From Eledone cirrhosa (Eukaryota): a DNA stretch of 64,000 nucleotides. The stretch's first letter is position 1; each line of letters starts with the position of its first letter. This document shows positions 1-15,466 of the stretch, one piece after another. The position numbers were made by a program, and so were the translations under genes. The notes under the pieces were generated by a model, which made no database searches, was not told where the DNA came from, and was given only the letters and a program-made list of their open reading frames with translations. Where the stretch lies: assembly GCA_964016885.1 (NCBI GenBank), contig OZ024742.1:159960001-160024000 (forward strand). Reading direction: 5' to 3'.

Positions 1-213
1 TGGTTTAATTTATATCAACCATTCAACCAACATGGTTAAACAGTAACTAAAATATTATTTTTAAAATATATATTAGTAGTATATTTATCCTAGTAATCCT
101 AGTAATGTACTAGTAATTACATATTAAAAAATTGTGTATATTCATTTTACCCAATGTGGGGTATTTTTAATTAAGTTTTAACCTTGAATATCTAGAATAT
201 TACCTCTACCAAC

Positions 214-2988
214 ATGGAAAATAAAAAGCATAAATCTGGATCACTGAAATGTAAAGAGCGACATGAAGCAGAAAGGCAGGAGTCAGCCAAGCGGTGCAGG
301 TCTATTACAGATTTTATAATACTGCAACCACCATCCACATCAATGTCCAGTTCTGCAACAAATAATCGAGAAACAAGAAAGAAGACTCATGGTGATGATG
401 CAATGACATGTCAGTTGCAAGAACAGGGAAGAGTTACTTTAGATGTAGAGACAAATACAAGTACATCCTTTTCTAATCAACCCAGGCCCAGTACTATTTC
501 TGGCTTCATTGTTCCAGTGTCTGTACTACCTGTAGTTGCAACATCTGAGTACATAGCTTTAACTAGTGACGGGCAATCAGATATTACTTCAGACATAAAT
601 GACTTGGTTTCTAAAGCACATTCTGTAAATGAACTTTTACAAAAAAATGCAAGATCTGCAACTGGAATCTTCCAACGTCTATCACGATCAAATCTGAAAC
701 AGTTTTTTGCTGAACATCCATGTCAGCCACTTGATGGCTTACCATTTGATGCTCGTTTGTATGAGAGGAAAATCACGAATGACTCAGTCCCAAGAAAATG
801 GCTTACATATAACAAAGAAAATAGGTGCTTATATTATTCATACTGCTTGAGTCTCCCAACCCTTGTAATCTATCATCCATTGTATGTGGCTTTAATGATT
901 ACAGGCGTGTTAACCAAAGCTTGGCTTTACACAAATTTACAACACATATCAAAAAGGCTCAGCAATATATCAGTGTCGTTAATGATGGCACCTTAGGTAA
1001 TTTTTTTGCAGCATCACTAATTAAAAGGAAAGAAGAAGTATTGAAGCAGAGAAGTATTGTCATGATAATTATATAGACATAAAGATGTTAAGCAAGCACT
1101 TCCTTTTTGAGGTCACAGAAATGAATCAGCCTACGCTCTGGATAATGAGGTTTTGAACCATGGCAATTTTTTAGCTACAGTGCTGTTGATGGCAAAATAT
1201 GACACTATTATGGCAGCTCACATTTCTGAAGTGCAAAACAAGTCTGGACAAAGAATCAAACGATTAGAACAACAAGGAAAGGCTCAAAGTAAAGGTTGTG
1301 GTGGACTTGTTACATACTTGAGCAAAACAACTATTAACATGTTAATCCAAATTATGAAGAATATGATACAAGAAAGAATTGGTCATAAAGTTTCTCAAGC
1401 AATATATTATTCTACTCAGGTTGATTCAACACAAGATAATTCATCAATCAATCAGTTTAGCATTGTTATTCGATATGTGCTTAAAGGTGTTATCTGTGAG
1501 CGACTACTTTCAGTTGTGCCAAGTAATGATTGTACAGGACAGGGACTTTGTGATCTGTTGACTGTAACGCCTTTTAAAATTGACCCCAAAAAATGTTTAT
1601 GTAATAGCACAGATGGTGCTGCAAGCTACCATGGGCAGTATAATGGTTTACAAAGTAAAATCGCTGATGTGGCAGATCAACATGTTCATATATGCTGTTA
1701 TGCCCATGTCTTGAATTTAGTGATAACTGAAACAACAAAATGTTGTGTACCTGAAGTTTCTTTTTTTAATTTGCACCAGAATTTAGCAACTTTTGTAAAG
1801 GCATAATTCAAGAGAATGGCTGTATGGATAGAAGTTGTTGGAAAACATCTAGGATAAGAAAAAATAAAACAATTAAAACTAATTTGTGAGACCAGATGGT
1901 CAGGAAAATCCAATGCAGCAACAACTATATTTGGACGTTTTCATGATGCCATTGTCAGTACTTTTGTAAGTCTATTGACATGCTTATCAATGATACAAGA
2001 TTCAGATAAGTTTCACGTAGAAACAAAATATGAAGCAAATATTTTACTTCAAAGTCTTCTAAAGTTTGAAACCATATTGACAGCATTTACTTATTTGTAT
2101 ATATTTGAAACCATACCCCCGTTATCAAGTTATTCACAAACAAGTGGTTTAGGTATGTTTACTGAATGTAGTTTGGTAGATTCGGCTACAACAAAGCTGA
2201 AGGCACAGGCAAGAACATTTGATAACGTTCACAGCAAGGCTTTGGAATGTGTAAATAAATGTAATGACAAGATTTCACAGATGAATATGGATGAAAATCA
2301 AATATTAGAAATTGATACTTTGGAAACAGCATTACTAATTAAAAGACAGAGGAAGAAAAAAAAAAGAATGGCAGATGAGCTTGTTAACGATAAAGGAAAT
2401 TCCTCAGATTCTGTAGCTGATTTTTGAGTAAATGTGTTTAACCTAATAATATTTCCAGTCACTAAAATCACACTTTGTACAACACAAACAGATTTATCCT
2501 GCTTGGACCTAGCAAAGTTTAAAACTATTGCAGAGAAGGGCCTTGAAGTTGAAGCATTAGATGGTATTAAGTTGTTTCCATAAATCAGCAAAGATCAAGT
2601 AAAATTAGAATTGAGTTCTTTTGCTTCAAACTTTGATGTACTAAAGCTATTGCTTAATGATGCTGAGAATATGGGTTCCAGTTGCAGCAACTATAATATT
2701 TGCACCACTTACCCATCATGTGTACTAAACATTCTGGTATCCAACAGACCTCATGACAAGGCATATGATAATCTTTATGAACTTTATAAAGTTATCTGTA
2801 CACTATCAGTTATCCAAGTCCAATGCAAGAGGACATTTTCAAAACTAAAGAGCATGAAGACAAGGTTAAGAAATTCACTGTCTGAGGAGAACTTGGAATC
2901 ATACATTTTGCTATCCATTGAAAAGGAATTGTTAGATAAATTGGATTCAGAAGCAATTATTGATAGATTTGCACAATTATCTATCTAG
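214..2988 (+). pseudogene. Decayed hAT-superfamily (ZMYM1-like) DNA transposase, broken by frameshifts and stops
   Basis: Consecutive ORF pieces carry hAT motifs: NHGNFL, QVDSTQD (first catalytic D), STDGAASYHG, HICCYAHVLNL (CxxH), and a C-terminal dimerisation motif QCKRTFSKLKSMKTRLRNSLSEENL. TIRs not identified. Confidence 0.85.
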
Positions 2989-3602
2989 TGAACTCAAATG
3001 ATTGCTCTTAATATAGTGGACTGCATGTAATACACTTTTGAACTATTTGTTAATGTGTAAAGTGTGCAGTACAAGTAAACTATTTTGAAATATGCCCCAA
3101 TTATCTAAAAATTAAAGAAATTGGTACATGTATAATATACTGTTATTTTATAAGAGCTTTATAAAAACAGTGATGGCAAGAGTAAGGAAAAACGAATAAT
3201 AGAAAGATTTAAAATATTAAAAATAGAAGAAATCAAAACCATATAAATTTATCCTTTATTTTTAGAGGGGCTGGAGCAATCGAATTGGTGGTGATAGAAT
3301 TCTTGACATATGTACGTTTAATAAAAGAAACAATATGTACAAGTTTTTTAAAATAAATCTACTTTGTAAAGAGCAAACAAACAAATTATGTATATGAATG
3401 AAGATGTGGTATTGACTGAAATGCAATGACTTTTACAAGAAAACATAGTTATCTCTTTGACAGTAAAAAGTCTTCATCAAAAATATTGAAATAGATTTAT
3501 AGGAATTTATTTTCAGTTTGGTTAATACTTTTCAAATAACAGTATACTAAACATTCACAATTATTTAAAAATTCAATTATAATATTCTGTATTGGAAAGA
3601 TT

Positions 3603-3945
3603 TGAGCGCCCAACTCGATCCATCCTGTTGCAATCAGACCATCCTTAGGCCTTTCTGGTGGTGAATTCCTTCTCAGAGTTCATGATCCAGGACCCAAGAT
3701 ATTGAAATCCTCAACTTGCTTGATATCACTACCGTTGATTGCTTTAATGCTGTTGGCTGTACAGTTTGATATGTACTCTGTTTTACCCTCGTTGAAATGA
3801 AGGCCAATGAGGGCGGCTGCTTTCTGGAGAGATGTCAAAAGTTGCTGTGCATTTTCTAGGCAATCTGCAAGAAGTGCAATGTCATCCGCAAATTCAAGGT
3901 CAGTGAAATGCTTAGAGGGGTGCCTAAAGCTCTTGCGGGTTTTGA
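3603..3945 (-). mobile_element. RTE-like LINE reverse-transcriptase fragment
   Basis: Minus-strand translation reads HFTDLEFADDIALLADCLENAQQLL...IGLHFNEGKTEY...QVEDF/QYLGSWI (FADD and YLGS motifs). Confidence 0.75.
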
Positions 3946-4069
3946 TGGTTATATATATATATAGCTCGTTCGTCAGACAACACGGACGTGCTAGACGTTT
4001 CTGTAAGAATCATCTAGTTTCTCAAAACCTTCGGTAATGGAATAATTATATTGTGTTGTTTATTATTAT

Positions 4070-4155
<86 letters not shown>

Positions 4156-4289
4156 TATTTACTTTGTCTTTCATCCTTACGGGGTTGATAAAATAAAGCA
4201 CCAGAAATGCACTGGGTAATTGGTGGCCTTGTGTCAAAGGTAGAAACAATTATATAATATATACTATATAATATATACTATATATATAC

Positions 4290-5222
4290 TATAAAGTATG
4301 TCCATAGAATCATTTGATTAGATATATACTCCATTTCCTCTCCCAATCAGCATAATCAACTACACAAAAAACCAATTAAACCAGGCTATAAGATTAAAAG
4401 GCACCTATGAAGAAATAATAAATAAATAAACGACAGCCATCTATTCGTGATCAACAGCTATAGAACATTTACCTAGCATTTCAATAGCACGTGGAAAGAA
4501 ATCGATTAAATATATCGTCAACCATACACAATTAGGTATAAATTTAAAGTTAGGAGAAAAAATGTATATAAACATACCAGGATTACGTTTCTACCCCTTG
4601 GGGTTTCATTCGCTTTTGGAAATATCCGATCAAGGATAAATTCTCCAGCTTCGAAATCATCAGGAAACAAACTCACTTGGACGAAGATTTTTCTTAAATG
4701 ATCCCCGCCAGAAACGAATTCAAAATGGCTAAGAACTGTGACGTGGCAGTGGTCAAGTCAGAAAGAATGTGATTGGTGCCTTACGGCGAGTGGGCTGGTT
4801 GCTAGAAAGTGCAGCCTAATATTGCCTAAATTGCATCTCAACCTTATGGGAGATTATCAAATATAAAGATTTACATATACACAGACTAGACAAAGTCATA
4901 GATATATATATATATATATGTTTTTGGCAACCATTCACGATGTGGCTCAATGATGAATGAATGAATTAAATAATCAGAGCAATATAAATAAAGTATGTCC
5001 ATAGAATCATTTGATAAGATATATACACCATTTCCTCTCCCAATCAGCATAATCAACCACACAAAAAAAAACAATTAAACCAGGCTATAAGATTAAAAGG
5101 CACCTATGAAGAAATAATAGATAAATAAACGACAGCCATCTATTCGCGATCAACAGCTATAGAATATTTACCCAGCATTTCAATAGCACGTGGGAATCGA
5201 TTAAATATATCATCAACCATAT
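4290..5222 (-). repeat. Non-coding unit with ~235-bp direct repeats (4290-4525 and 4988-5222) flanking a hammerhead ribozyme; PLE pseudo-LTR or retrozyme-like
   Basis: The segment taaagtatgtccatagaatcatttga...catcaaccata occurs twice about 700 bp apart, with an HHR between the copies and TA runs on the flanks. Confidence 0.65.
4586..4669 (-). ncRNA. Type I hammerhead ribozyme with canonical core
   Basis: Reverse complement: tgtttc-CTGATGA-t-ttcg...cgaa-t-GAAA-cccc-aa-gggg-TA-gaaacg. Stems I, II and III all pair; predicted GUA cleavage site. Confidence 0.85.
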
Positions 5223-5399
5223 ATATCCCATGCTAGCGTAGAAGATGGACGTTAAACGATGATGATGATGATGATGATATATATATATATATATAGTTTC
5301 GTTGACAAATATATCAATATGCCCAGACACGCAGATATATTGCCCTTGATATGACAGTGTGGTTTTAGCTCAATGTAGGGTAACTAGTATACTACAGAG

Positions 5400-6560
5400 C
5401 CGTTATAGTTATAGGAATAACCAAAGAGTGCTTAGAAATACATTGTTTTATTAGCTAACAGTGTTTCATCCATACACCATGACAGGAATCATCAGAGCCT
5501 ATAAACAAGAGCATATCAATAGTTGGATGCTCCATCGAGCTGCGTCACCAGAACAAGGTTAAAGGACCAGCAGGGGTGACCTGAGGCCAGCGCTATATGG
5601 AAAAAGACAGAATACATGATGCACATAATGTCATAAAATGTCTTTAAAAAATTAAAAATTACACCAAAAATGTATCACTTAAATGGTGCAATAGATGATA
5701 AAGAGGTTGGGAGAGGGTAGCAAGGGATGAGTGAGGGTATTACTCAGCATGATCAGAAACAGTAAAAAAAATAATAAAAAAGTACAAAAATACAGGGATA
5801 ACAAAAGAAATAAATATAAAAATACAAAACAATAAAGGAACAAAAAGCCCGAAAACACCCCAAAATATAAAACAAAGCAAAGCATAGATACATCAAAGCA
5901 CAAGCAGTGCAAAAACAGGGTGTACAGGCAGATTAAGAGAGTTTGCAAGCATGAGTCAGTGAGAAGAATAGTTGGTTAGCAGTGGTGCAGCCTTACATGT
6001 ATGATAGTCCATATGAGGGATGGTGTACTCCAATTATATCGCCTTGCAACAAGTCGATTCTCCTTATCATATCAGCACCCTACGAACTACATCGATATGT
6101 TCCAGTTCCGAACGTTAAGTGAGATAATACTATTTTTCCAAAACCTATACCCAGGGGATTTATCACCATAGGTGGTCTGGGATATACACCTAAAATCTAA
6201 AATAAAAAATAAAAGAAAGTACGATGAGTTAAAGAAATGTATGGTGCATGTACAGCCGGCACACATGTGAGGAAATTGAAAACACGCCAGGTTTGCAATA
6301 ACTGGCATTCTCCAAAGTCCACACGTTCGGTCGCTCAACCCAACGTCCCAGGTGAAATTCACTGTATGTCCAAGTTGGCGTCCAACCAATGTGTCGTACC
6401 GTATACCACAGTAAATACAAATCGTGATGGCTATCTCGTTACATAGAGAGAAGGTGTATATAGGAAACTCCGCTTCCAGAATCACATATGGCAGAGTGAG
6501 CAGATATTGTTATAATGATAGGCGGGTTTATTAGAGTGAGTGCAAATTTCTGTAGAATAT
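5400..6560 (-). mobile_element. PLE 3'-end remnant with HHR at 5445-5506; related copy on the + strand at 11915-13725
   Basis: Near-identical to the reverse complement of 11915-12384 plus 13438-13725. HHR reads aggct-CTGATGA-ttcc..ggat-GAAA-cactgtt-agct. A possible decayed GIY-YIG (ICIYCGIR/HIGWT) lies near 6380-6430. Confidence 0.6.
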
Positions 6561-6909
6561 ATATATATATAGGGGCACAAAGAATTGTTCTTTGTGTACC
6601 ACAGAAAAGTATAGGATTTTGCTAAACTTGAGAGCCACTTCCGCTTGCCTTAACTCAAAGACTGAGATCTTCAGATGCTGTCCTCATCTGAAATCGCATC
6701 TGATCTGTAACTGGATTGACACTCCTATGATAAATCAACCGCCTTGAACTCCTTCCCTACTCTTTACTTCTGCTACGGTTTTTATTTTGCTGATTCTACC
6801 TTCTGTACTCTTGTATATTTAAAATTTTTTCTCTCTTACCTCCCCTTACATTTTTACCTCCTCTTAGCCCCCCCCATATATTCTTTTTGTTTTGCCCTTC
6901 ACATACCTA

Positions 6910-6981
6910 TGTGTATGTGTATGTATTTTTGTGTGTATATATATGTGTGTATATATATATATGTATATGTGTATGTATATA

Positions 6982-7024
<43 letters not shown>

Positions 7025-7344
7025 ATGTGTGTGTTTGTGTATGTGTATATATATGTATATTTGTGTGTGTATATGTATGTATATGTGGATAAACCAGGTT
7101 TTCTTCATTTTTTTTCATTCTGAAGACTGAAGGAAACATTTTTTGCTTTTAAGAAACCTCTGGTGAATGGAATAATTGCCTTATGTTGCTTTATTACCTT
7201 ACTACTATATATACGTTTATGTAAGGTTCATTTGTCTTTTCTAATACTGAGTTTTACACATACACACATGTATATGTGTGTGTGTATGTGTATGCACATG
7301 TGTATATGTACGTATGTGTGTATATATGTGTGTGTATGTATATA

Positions 7345-7385
<41 letters not shown>

Positions 7386-7453
7386 ATGTATGTATGTATA
7401 TATGTGTGTGTGTGTTTATAAACATTTTTTTTTTATGTATGTGTGTGTGTGGT

Positions 7454-7484
<31 letters not shown>

Positions 7485-7656
7485 ATTTGTTTTTGGTTGT
7501 GCGTGTTTTTGATATATACGTATTTGCATGTGTATAATTGTTTAGCTATGTATGTATATATGTGTGTTTACGTATATGCGTGTGTGTGTGTGTGTGTGTG
7601 TGTGCGTTTATATTTTTATATTTTTGTATATATATATATATATGTGTGTATATATG

Positions 7657-7721
<65 letters not shown>

Positions 7722-7960
7722 GTGTGTGTGTGTGTATATAATTACATATACATATGTGTGTGTGTTTAATATGTATACGTGTGCGTGTTTGTGTATGTAT
7801 GTGTATGTATGTGTTTTTGTATTTGTTTATGTATATTTATGTATGAGAGTGTGTATGTGTTTACTATTTCGTACGTATGTATACGTGCTTTTTTGTGTGT
7901 ATTACTTACCACGCGTGTCTGTCCTGTTAGCTGGGTCATGTATCGCTGTCAAAAATTTTT

Positions 7961-8007
<47 letters not shown>
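6910..8007. repeat. Compound (TA)n/(TG)n microsatellite field
   Basis: Visible directly; it accounts for the YIYI/CVCV pseudo-ORFs. Confidence 0.95.
7113..7172 (+). ncRNA. Degenerate hammerhead ribozyme, same family as 10261-10320
   Basis: ttcatt-CTGAAGA-...-GAAA-cc-tct-gg-TG-aatgga; the cleavage triplet is GUG (likely inactive). Flanks match the 10.3-kb copy. Confidence 0.6.
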
Positions 8008-8010
<3 letters not shown>

Positions 8011-9351
8011 AAGTTTTATTTAAATTGTTGGGTTACAACGAGTAAATATTTATAACTGATATAAAAGCACTCAACAAGTATTTGGAGTATATTTACGATA
8101 TTAAATAAATGGAAACTATATTTATAAAACCATATCTATTTCATTATATATATTTCAGGGATATCATATTAAAAATATGGTATGCCTTCTTCAGACAAAA
8201 TACAATATAAACAGTCTTATAAATAGATAGATTTGACATACCTTACAACTTCAACTTCCATTTAAAAAGTTGATTTGGTAGTGAAAAATGTTAGGGACAG
8301 TTATAAAAAGAAAGAAAAAAAGCGAAGAAAAAGAAGAAATGCATGCAACTAAACAGAGAGAGATAGATATAGAGAGATAGATAGAGAGAAGAAATTCATG
8401 TAAAGAAACAGAGAGAGAAAAAAAACACAGAGGGAGATAGATAGAGAGAGAGAGAGAGGAGAGAGAGAGAGAAAAAATAGAGAGAGATAGATATAGATAG
8501 AGATAGAGAGAAAGAAAATAGATAGTTGGGCACCAGTTGAATGACGTATCAATGATATATTTATTTATTTATTTATTTATTTAGTTCTAGTATCAAGGTA
8601 GAGAGAGATACATGTGGTTAGGAGAGAAAACAGCCGTTACATAGAGAGAAAAGAAAAATATCCAGAGATAAACGAGGCAGATTTAAAACATTATGTTTCA
8701 TCAATGTAAAAATATCAATTCGTATGAATTAGGTATTATAATGTAAATATCAGTATTCATGAATGAGACACGTATCAATAATGTGTGAAAAATAATGATC
8801 AATATATTGTCAATTAATTTTGAAGGGTTGATCTCTGTGGTTGATTTGCGGGGCATACTGTGTTTTATTTTTAATATTTTTTAATTTTTTGATATTTTTA
8901 TTGATATATTGATATCTGTTGTCTATTTATGCTTGAACGATAATCATGTAGAGTAAAGACAAGAATAGTATTGTTAAAATTAATGTAGATTCTATATATA
9001 TTTGTGTGTATGTACACATATATGTATACTAGAATTTTTATAGCACAATGAGAATGTTTTCATGTGAAATAGGAATTTGCAGAGTTGATCACGTAAATTC
9101 ACATGGAAGTCTATAGTATCGAATCTGGGATAACCTTCTATTTTCTTTTTCTTTTTCTTTTTTCATGAAAGTGCATATATACTTATGTATTTCAATTTTT
9201 TTTGAAGTTTTTTATTTCAGTTTTTTTATCTCAGTTCTGATATAAACCTAGGAATTTTAAACTAGACATATGATCATTATTTTTCACACATTATTGATAC
9301 GTGTCTCATTCATGAATACTGATATTTATATTATAATACCTAATTCTCTCT

Positions 9352-9402
<51 letters not shown>

Positions 9403-9688
9403 CCCTCTGTGTTTTTTTTCTCTCTCTATCTATCTCTCTCTGTTTCTTTACATGAATTTCTTCTCTCTATCTATCTCTCTCTGTTTAGTTGCATGCATTT
9501 CTTCTTTTTCTTCGCTTTTTTTCTTTCTTTCTTTTTATAACTGTCCCTAACATTTTTCACTACCAAATCAACTTTTTAAATGGAAGTTGAAGTTGTAAGG
9601 TATGTCAAATCTATCTATTTATAAGACTGTTTATATTGTATTTTGTCTGAAGAAGGCATACCATATTTTTAATATGATATCCCTGAAA

Positions 9689-9700
<12 letters not shown>
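8008..9700. mobile_element. Non-coding PLE 3'-UTR remnant in head-to-head inverted arrangement, with HHRs at 8137-8202 (-) and 9639-9696 (+)
   Basis: 8150-8520 is the reverse complement of 9345-9695, and 8720-8800 of 9270-9343. Both arms are homologous to the 3' UTR of the 17.7-24.5 kb element. Confidence 0.75.
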
Positions 9701-11898
<2,198 letters not shown>

Positions 11899-11914
11899 TA
11901 TATATATATATATT

Positions 11915-13725
11915 CTACAGAAATTTGCACTCACTCCTATTATTATAACAATATCTGCTCACTCTGCCATATGTGATTCTGGAAGCGGAGTTCCGATGTA
12001 GTTCGTAGGGTGCTGATATGATAAGGAGAATCGACCTGTTGCAAGGCGATATAATTGGAGTACACTCATATGGACTATCATACATGTAAGGCTGCACCAC
12101 TGCTAACCAACTATTCTTCTCACAGACTCATGCTTGCAAACTCTCTGCCTGTACACCTTGTTTTTGCACTGCTTGTGCTTTGATGTATCTATGCTTTGCT
12201 TTGTTTTATATTTTGGGGGGTTTTCGGGCTTTTTGTTCCTTTATTGTTTTGTATTTTTATATTTATTTCTTTTGTTATCCCTGTATTTTTGTACTTTTTT
12301 ATTATTTTTTTTATTGTTTCTGATCATGCTGAGTAATACCTTCACTCATCCCTTGCTACCCTCTCCCAACCTCTTTATCATCTACTAGCAGTAAAGCCCG
12401 GCGTTGCTCGGGGCTGCTCAGTTAAAGTTACAATGTTAAGTTCCTTTCTTGGCTTAAAAACTGTAGAGTCTACAGTGTAGACTTTCATGTGGTACTTTTG
12501 ATTAATATTCCCTCAACCAACAGTGTGCCTTATAAAGTTAAGAAAACATAACCATAACCCAAATGTTAAAACAAAAGAGGATGCTGGGGATAAAACTGCA
12601 CTGGTAATCTATTAACAAAAATCGAAAATGTAAACACTGCAACACTTGTCTCAGAGAAAAACATCAGCGTAACCAAACTATCAGTTATCAGGTCAACATT
12701 TTGCTGGCTCGACAACTGTTCGTGTATTATGTTAATGTCATTTTAAACGCTGAGAAAGCCAGCGTAATTTTTTTAATTTTTGCACGCAGAAAATGTAAAC
12801 AGAACGTAAGACGCTCAATGTAAACAGAACAAAGGGAAATAACTCGTCACTTACGCTCAAAAATCGATACATTAGATTCGATTTCGTCACGTAGGGTGGG
12901 TCAATTTAAAATTTTTTTTTTCCGATGTCTTCGCTAGGGCTCAATGTACAAGTATAGCAATTTCGGTGCAATTCCGTCAGAGATTCTAAGAGATGTGTGC
13001 CAAAAATCGATAGACAGACAACCACAGCTTTATATATATATAGAACAAAAGGAAATAACTCGTCACTTACGCTCAAAAATCGATACATTAGATTCGATTT
13101 CGTCACATAGGGTGGGTCAATTTGAAATATTTTTTTTCCGATGTCTTCGCTAGGGCTCAATCTACAAGTATAGCAATTTCGGTGCAATTCCGTCAGAGAT
13201 TCTAAGAGGAGATGTGTGCCAAAAATCGATAGACAAACAGACAACCACAGCTTTATATATATAGATGATATAATCAAAAACAAGAACTTATTTGAAAATT
13301 TATTTGACCGATGGTTCCGCCGGACCTTCATCTATAAGTGTAGCAATTTCACCGAAATTTGAACGTACGGTTTAAGAGGAGATGTGTGCCGAAGGTTTTA
13401 GTAGACAGACAGACAACCTCAGTTTTATATATATAGATTGCACCATTTAAGTGATACATTTTTGGTGTAATTTTTAATTTTTTAAAGACATTTTATGACA
13501 TTATGTGCTTCATGTATTCTGTCTTTTTCCATATAGCGCTGGCCTCGGGACACCCCTGCTGGTCCTTTAACCTTGTTCTGGTGACGCAGCTCGATGGAGT
13601 ATGCAACTATTGATATACTCTTGTTTATAGGCTCTGATGATTCCTGTCATGGTTATGGATGAAACACTGTTAGCTAATAAAACAATGTATTTCTAAGCAC
13701 TCTTTGGTTATATTCCTATAACTAT
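11915..13725 (+). mobile_element. PLE 3'-end remnant (HHR at 13623-13683) interrupted by a Helitron
   Basis: Copy of the 5400-6560 repeat; the sequence resumes exactly after the 12385-13437 insert. Confidence 0.6.
12385..13437 (-). mobile_element. Non-autonomous Helitron with three tandem 5'-terminal modules
   Basis: Minus strand starts TC(TATATAT) and ends with hairpin cccgagcaacgccggg followed by CTAG. It sits between A and T with no TSD; the empty site atcatcta|ttgcacc is present in the paralog near 5690. Confidence 0.85.
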
Positions 13726-13734
13726 ATATATATA

Positions 13735-13980
13735 TTTCAATTCTCGGACCGGGTGATGTGTTATTTCCTTGAGCAAGACACTTTATTTCACATTGCTCCA
13801 GTTTACTCAGCTGTAGAAATGAGATGATATGGACTGGGGTCCCTATCATTCGACTGCAAAGTTGTCGTGGAGGTGCCACGGCAAAAAAATCACCCAGCAC
13901 TCACTGTAAAGTGGTGGTGTAGGCGGCACGGAAAAAAAAAGCACACAGCACTCACTGTAAATGAGGTTGGTGTTAGGAGT
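13735..13980 (+). mobile_element. Partial tRNA-derived CORE-like SINE (family 1)
   Basis: Contains ccttgagcaagacactttatttcacattgctccagtttactcagctg, shared with the copies at 47190-47529 and 53009-53345. Confidence 0.7.
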
Positions 13981-14606
13981 ACCAAAGTCCTAAGCTCATC
14001 AGCGGGTGAAGAAATTAATATCCTGATCACTTCTAAATCTAATAAGAAACTGGATAGTAGCGTATCTCGCACATTCACGCCACTAAAAATAGCAGCTGAG
14101 TTTACTCGACATTTGAATTAGCTCGACGAAGTAACGGAGCCAAATATATCAAAGGCATGTATTGAGTTAGAAACTCAAAATAGTCTTTGGTACTCCTTTT
14201 CACAAATAATATTGCGAAACAGTTTTATCGAAACTGTCCGGGTGTTTGGTTGTTACCACAATTTTTATTTGCATTTATTTTTCTTGATTTATTCTTAAAT
14301 TGAGTCTGGCAAACCCTATTGTCTGTAGTTAGTATTTTTTCACCTTAGCGACTCTGGTCCATTATGATTTGAACACATATATGTATATGTCTGTGTTCAT
14401 TTTTTTCTTTTTTGTTCAATTGTAATATACGGCTCGGAAAAACCTCTTTCTTGGAGCTAATTTACTGTAATGAGACTATTTTGAGTTTCTAACTCAATAC
14501 ATGCCTTTGATATATATATATACATACACATTTACCATGCAAGGTGATGTAAAACTTTTATTTAACCCTTTTACGGTCTGTAATTAAAAACTTTGCTTGT
14601 AATATC

Positions 14607-14647
14607 TGCCTCAGATGAACCCATTGGGCGAAACACGTGTAAGAGCC
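14607..14647 (+). ncRNA. Degenerate minimal hammerhead ribozyme
   Basis: gcct-CAGATGA-a-ccc-att-ggg-c-GAAA-cacgtg-TA-agagc: one core mismatch, palindromic stem III. Confidence 0.5.
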
Positions 14648-14695
14648 TTATAAAATATGTTTTAACGGCTTGTAACTCTTTCATTAATTATTTTG

Positions 14696-14727
<32 letters not shown>

Positions 14728-14821
14728 CTTCCTGCTATATCAAGCGTTTACCTAATATATCCCTTGTACCGATTGTATTGTGATTTCTGTTTACCTTTTA
14801 CACACACACATATATATATAT

Positions 14822-15417
14822 AAGGGGCGAAGGGTGCGTGCATGCATTATAGAATCTTGAGTTGATCAATTGCGTCGGTTGAAGCAAGTAGAATTTTGGC
14901 TGCTTGCTAAACCGTAGACACATAAAAAGATAACACAAACACACAAACACACAAACACACGACAGCGTCGGTTGAAGCACGCAGAATTTTGGCTGCTTGC
15001 TAAATTGTAGACACATAAAAAGATAACACACACACACACGACAGCATCGGTTGAAGCAAGCAGAATGTTGGCTGCTTGTTAAACCGTAGCCACATAAAAA
15101 GACAACACACACACACACACACGACAGCGTCGGTTGAAGCAAGCAGAATTAAGGCTGCTTGCTAAAGCAGAATTAAGGCTGCTTGCTAAACCGTAGACAC
15201 ATAAAAAGATAACACACACACACAAACAAACACACATACACACGACAGCGTCGGTGGAAGCAAGCAGAATTTTGGCTGCTTACTAAATCGTAGACACATA
15301 AAAAGATAGCACACACACACACTAGATAACACTACATGCGGCTTTGACCGGGAGGGTCATTTAGAGGGAATTGGGGGGGGGGGGTAAGGCTGCTTTCCAG
15401 GTTACCCTTCGCCACTG
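14822..15417. mobile_element. Non-autonomous TIR element carrying a ~62-90-bp tandem minisatellite
   Basis: Ends ggcgaagggt...acccttcgccactg match the TIR of the adjacent 15467-15606 element. Internal repeats of gacagcgtcggttgaagcaagcagaattttggctgcttgctaaaccgtagacacataaaaagataac. Confidence 0.55.
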
Positions 15418-15466
15418 ATATATATACATATATATATCAGTTCGCCACTGATATATATATATATAT

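Noticed and set aside
214-2988. Domesticated ZMYM1-like host gene
   Set aside because: Multiple in-frame stops and frameshifts without splice signals indicate a decayed transposon.
14860-15320. Regularly spaced repeats resembling a CRISPR array
   Set aside because: The spacers are (CA)n runs rather than unique sequences, there are no cas genes, and the context is eukaryotic; it is a minisatellite.
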